Positions 62,030 to 64,000 of a DNA stretch of 64,000 nt are shown piece after piece. The notes under the pieces were generated by a model, which worked only from the letters and a program-made list of their open reading frames with translations, did not search any database and was not told the DNA's origin. The stretch's first letter is position 1; every line of letters starts with the position of its first letter. Source of the stretch: Fonticula alba ATCC 38817 (lineage: Eukaryota; Protista; Nucleariida); assembly GCA_000388065.2 (NCBI GenBank), contig KB932207.1; one strand, 5' to 3'. The position numbers and the translations under genes were made by a program.

Positions 62030-63022
62030 ATGAACTTCACCTCGAAGCGCTTCTTCTCGCTGACCACGCACCTGGTCAGCTCACTGGTGTTCGCGGTCTT
62101 CGTGCTGTTCCTCTGCTCCTTGTACAAGCCGGCGTCGCTCTTCTCCGGGGAACTGGTGACGCCGGCCCCGGCGTCGACCATGCGCACGGTGAACTTCGCG
62201 CCGGCCGGGGTGGCACCCGGCTCCGGGGCGCCCGGCTCCCCTGACTACAGCCAAGGGGTCCCCTTCGAGTTCCGGCTCCGGTCGATCCAGGCCTCCACCG
62301 GGCGTGAGCCCTTCCTCACCCGGTCGAAGGATGTGGCCGTCGTGCGCTTCGACCTGGACATCGACTTCACCGGGGTCTTCCAGTGGTGGAATACCCACAT
62401 GGTGTTTGTTTACCTGGTGGCCGAGTTCGAAACCGATGCCCAGGTGCGTGGCCGCCTGGCTGCCCCGACATGTGGCGCCCGGCGCGTTGCTTACATGTGC
62501 CGTCCCCCTCGATTGTTGTGCCCCCCTTGCTCCGGTGCCCTTTTTGCCTCTGGCAGGAAATCAATCATGTCACCATCTGGGACGACCGGGTTTCTCGCGA
62601 CGCGCCGCACCTGACCCTGACCAACGCCCGGTCGGAGTACCTCCTGTCTGGCGTGTCCAACTCCCTGCGGTACACATGCCCATATGGCTTCTCCTGGCTC
62701 TTTTGGCCGCCACACGCGCTCTTTCCGCTTGGCTGCCGCGGCTTCGCGCTTGTCCTTGTGCCGCTCGCCTGGCTAACCACCCCCCGCCCCCCTCCCCCCT
62801 GTTCCCGGCCATTGGTCGCGGTCGGTCTGCCCTGCTTGCCCTCTCCCGCCCCCTTTCGCCCCCTCTCGAAACAGCGATCTGGCCAATGGTCGCCTGGCCC
62901 TTCACTGGAATGTGGTCCCGGTGTTGGGGTCATTCTCCTACCAGCGGTCGCCGGCTGGGCATCTGGAGCCGGGCCAGCCGGTTTCCCATCCCGGGCTCGT
63001 GCCCTTCAAATACTCGACGTGA
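62030..63022 (+). CDS. SPCS3: Signal peptidase complex subunit 3 (SPC22/23); exons 62030-62443, 62556-62669, 62875-63022
   Basis: N-terminal signal anchor; FDLDIDFTGVFQWWNTHMVFVYLVAEF; NHVTIWD; L.L.N...EY; LALHWNVVPVLG; GT-AG junctions in phase. Confidence 0.9.
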
Positions 63023-63239
63023 GGAGGTGGCGCGTGTGCGCCAAAAAGGGGGGGGCAAAATCCACCCACCCTGCAAAGGCAGCACACCAATACACACACA
63101 GACACACAGACACGTGGGAACAACGCGCATGCGCGTCCCCCCTCCCTCGGGGAAGGGAGGCAGGAGGAGCGACCGGGAGGGGGCACGCCCTTTTTTGGGG
63201 GGGATATTCGTGTATTGTCTCGCTCGACGGGGAGCGATT

Positions 63240-63344
63240 CTAACAGCAGAAGCCACGCTTGGCCTCGGCCGATTCGTCGGCCAAATTGACGGAGGGCTGC
63301 GCCGGCGGAGCCTCCTGCTCATGGGGAATAGAGCGCACTGAAAA

Positions 63345-63400
<56 letters not shown>

Positions 63401-63908
63401 CGTGGGGGGGGGGGGGGGGGGGGGCGAGGAGAAGCGGCATGTCAGTGACGGTCGAGGGGTGTGGGAGAGCAAGAAGAAGCCTCGGCACAATGCCAAACGC
63501 ACCGAGAGTCTCGAAACAGAGGAGCACATTCTCGCCCGTCCGGGCCGACGTCTCCAGGTAGGTGCAGCCAATGAACTTGGCGTAGGCCTCGGCCTCGGCC
63601 GTGGACACCTCGCGCTGGGACTCGAGATCGATCTTGTTGCCGATGATGACAATGGCTGGGAGCCTGCCGCCGCGCGGATCGCCGCCCGGGGCCGCGGCCA
63701 ACGACGGGCCGGGGGTGGGCATGGGGGCCGCAGGCCGGCCGGCCGACGGGTCCTCCTCGGAATCCGGAATGCTGAGGTTGCTGTCGTGTCCCCCGGCGCC
63801 GGCAGGCAGCAGGGACTCTTCGGGGTTGTAGACAAAGCTCGGCCCGGGCTCGCCGCCGAGGTTGGTGATGACCTCATCGCGCCAGCGCTGCATCCCCTCG
63901 AAGGTGGA
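63240..63908 (-). CDS. Rab-family small GTPase, 3' exons only (63908-63503, 63337-63240); gene continues beyond the window
   Basis: STFEGMQRWRDEV, IVIIGNKIDL (G4), YLETSARTGENV (G5), C-terminal CC prenylation motif. Confidence 0.88.
63345..63423. repeat. Long poly-G (poly-C on gene strand) tract in the last Rab intron
   Basis: About 75 G with one short interruption. Confidence 0.9.
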
Positions 63909-64000
63909 CTATAGAATGGCACGCAGCGGCAGACCGCCACAGGCCGCATGGGCGGGTGTGAGTCGCGGAGGGGCGGGGCAAGGGGGAGAGAGGGGGGGGG

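Overview
GC-rich eukaryotic nuclear DNA. Introns are short (about 80-320 nt) with GTGCGT/GTACGY donors, poly-C/CT tracts and microsatellites, and there are nine N-gaps, several abutting G/C homopolymers. The style suggests a unicellular opisthokont-like protist such as Fonticula, which is inference only. Most long ORFs in the six-frame track are GC artefacts. Manual splicing gives 12 protein genes: a Pro-rich protein with six atypical Gag-like zinc knuckles; a PEN2 gene absent from the ORF track; a 2465-aa TRS130/TRAPPC10-like protein; an 1802-aa protein with an embedded bacterial-type alkyl-sulfatase MBL hydrolase; an unknown protein; an EGF/10CC-like type I membrane protein; a VLCFA 3-ketoacyl-CoA reductase; the primase small subunit; a Trf4-like poly(A) polymerase; mitochondrial ValRS and AlaRS; SPC3; plus the 3' part of a Rab GTPase. 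There are three tRNAs (Lys-CTT, Leu-CAG, Pro-TGG) and a U4 snRNA. The most striking observations are three. The first PEN2 intron appears to be AT-AC without U12 consensus. The tRNA-Pro gene has mismatches at acceptor pairs 1 and 2, the pattern seen in 5'-edited tRNAs. The bacterial-type sulfatase sits inside a much larger, probably membrane-anchored protein.
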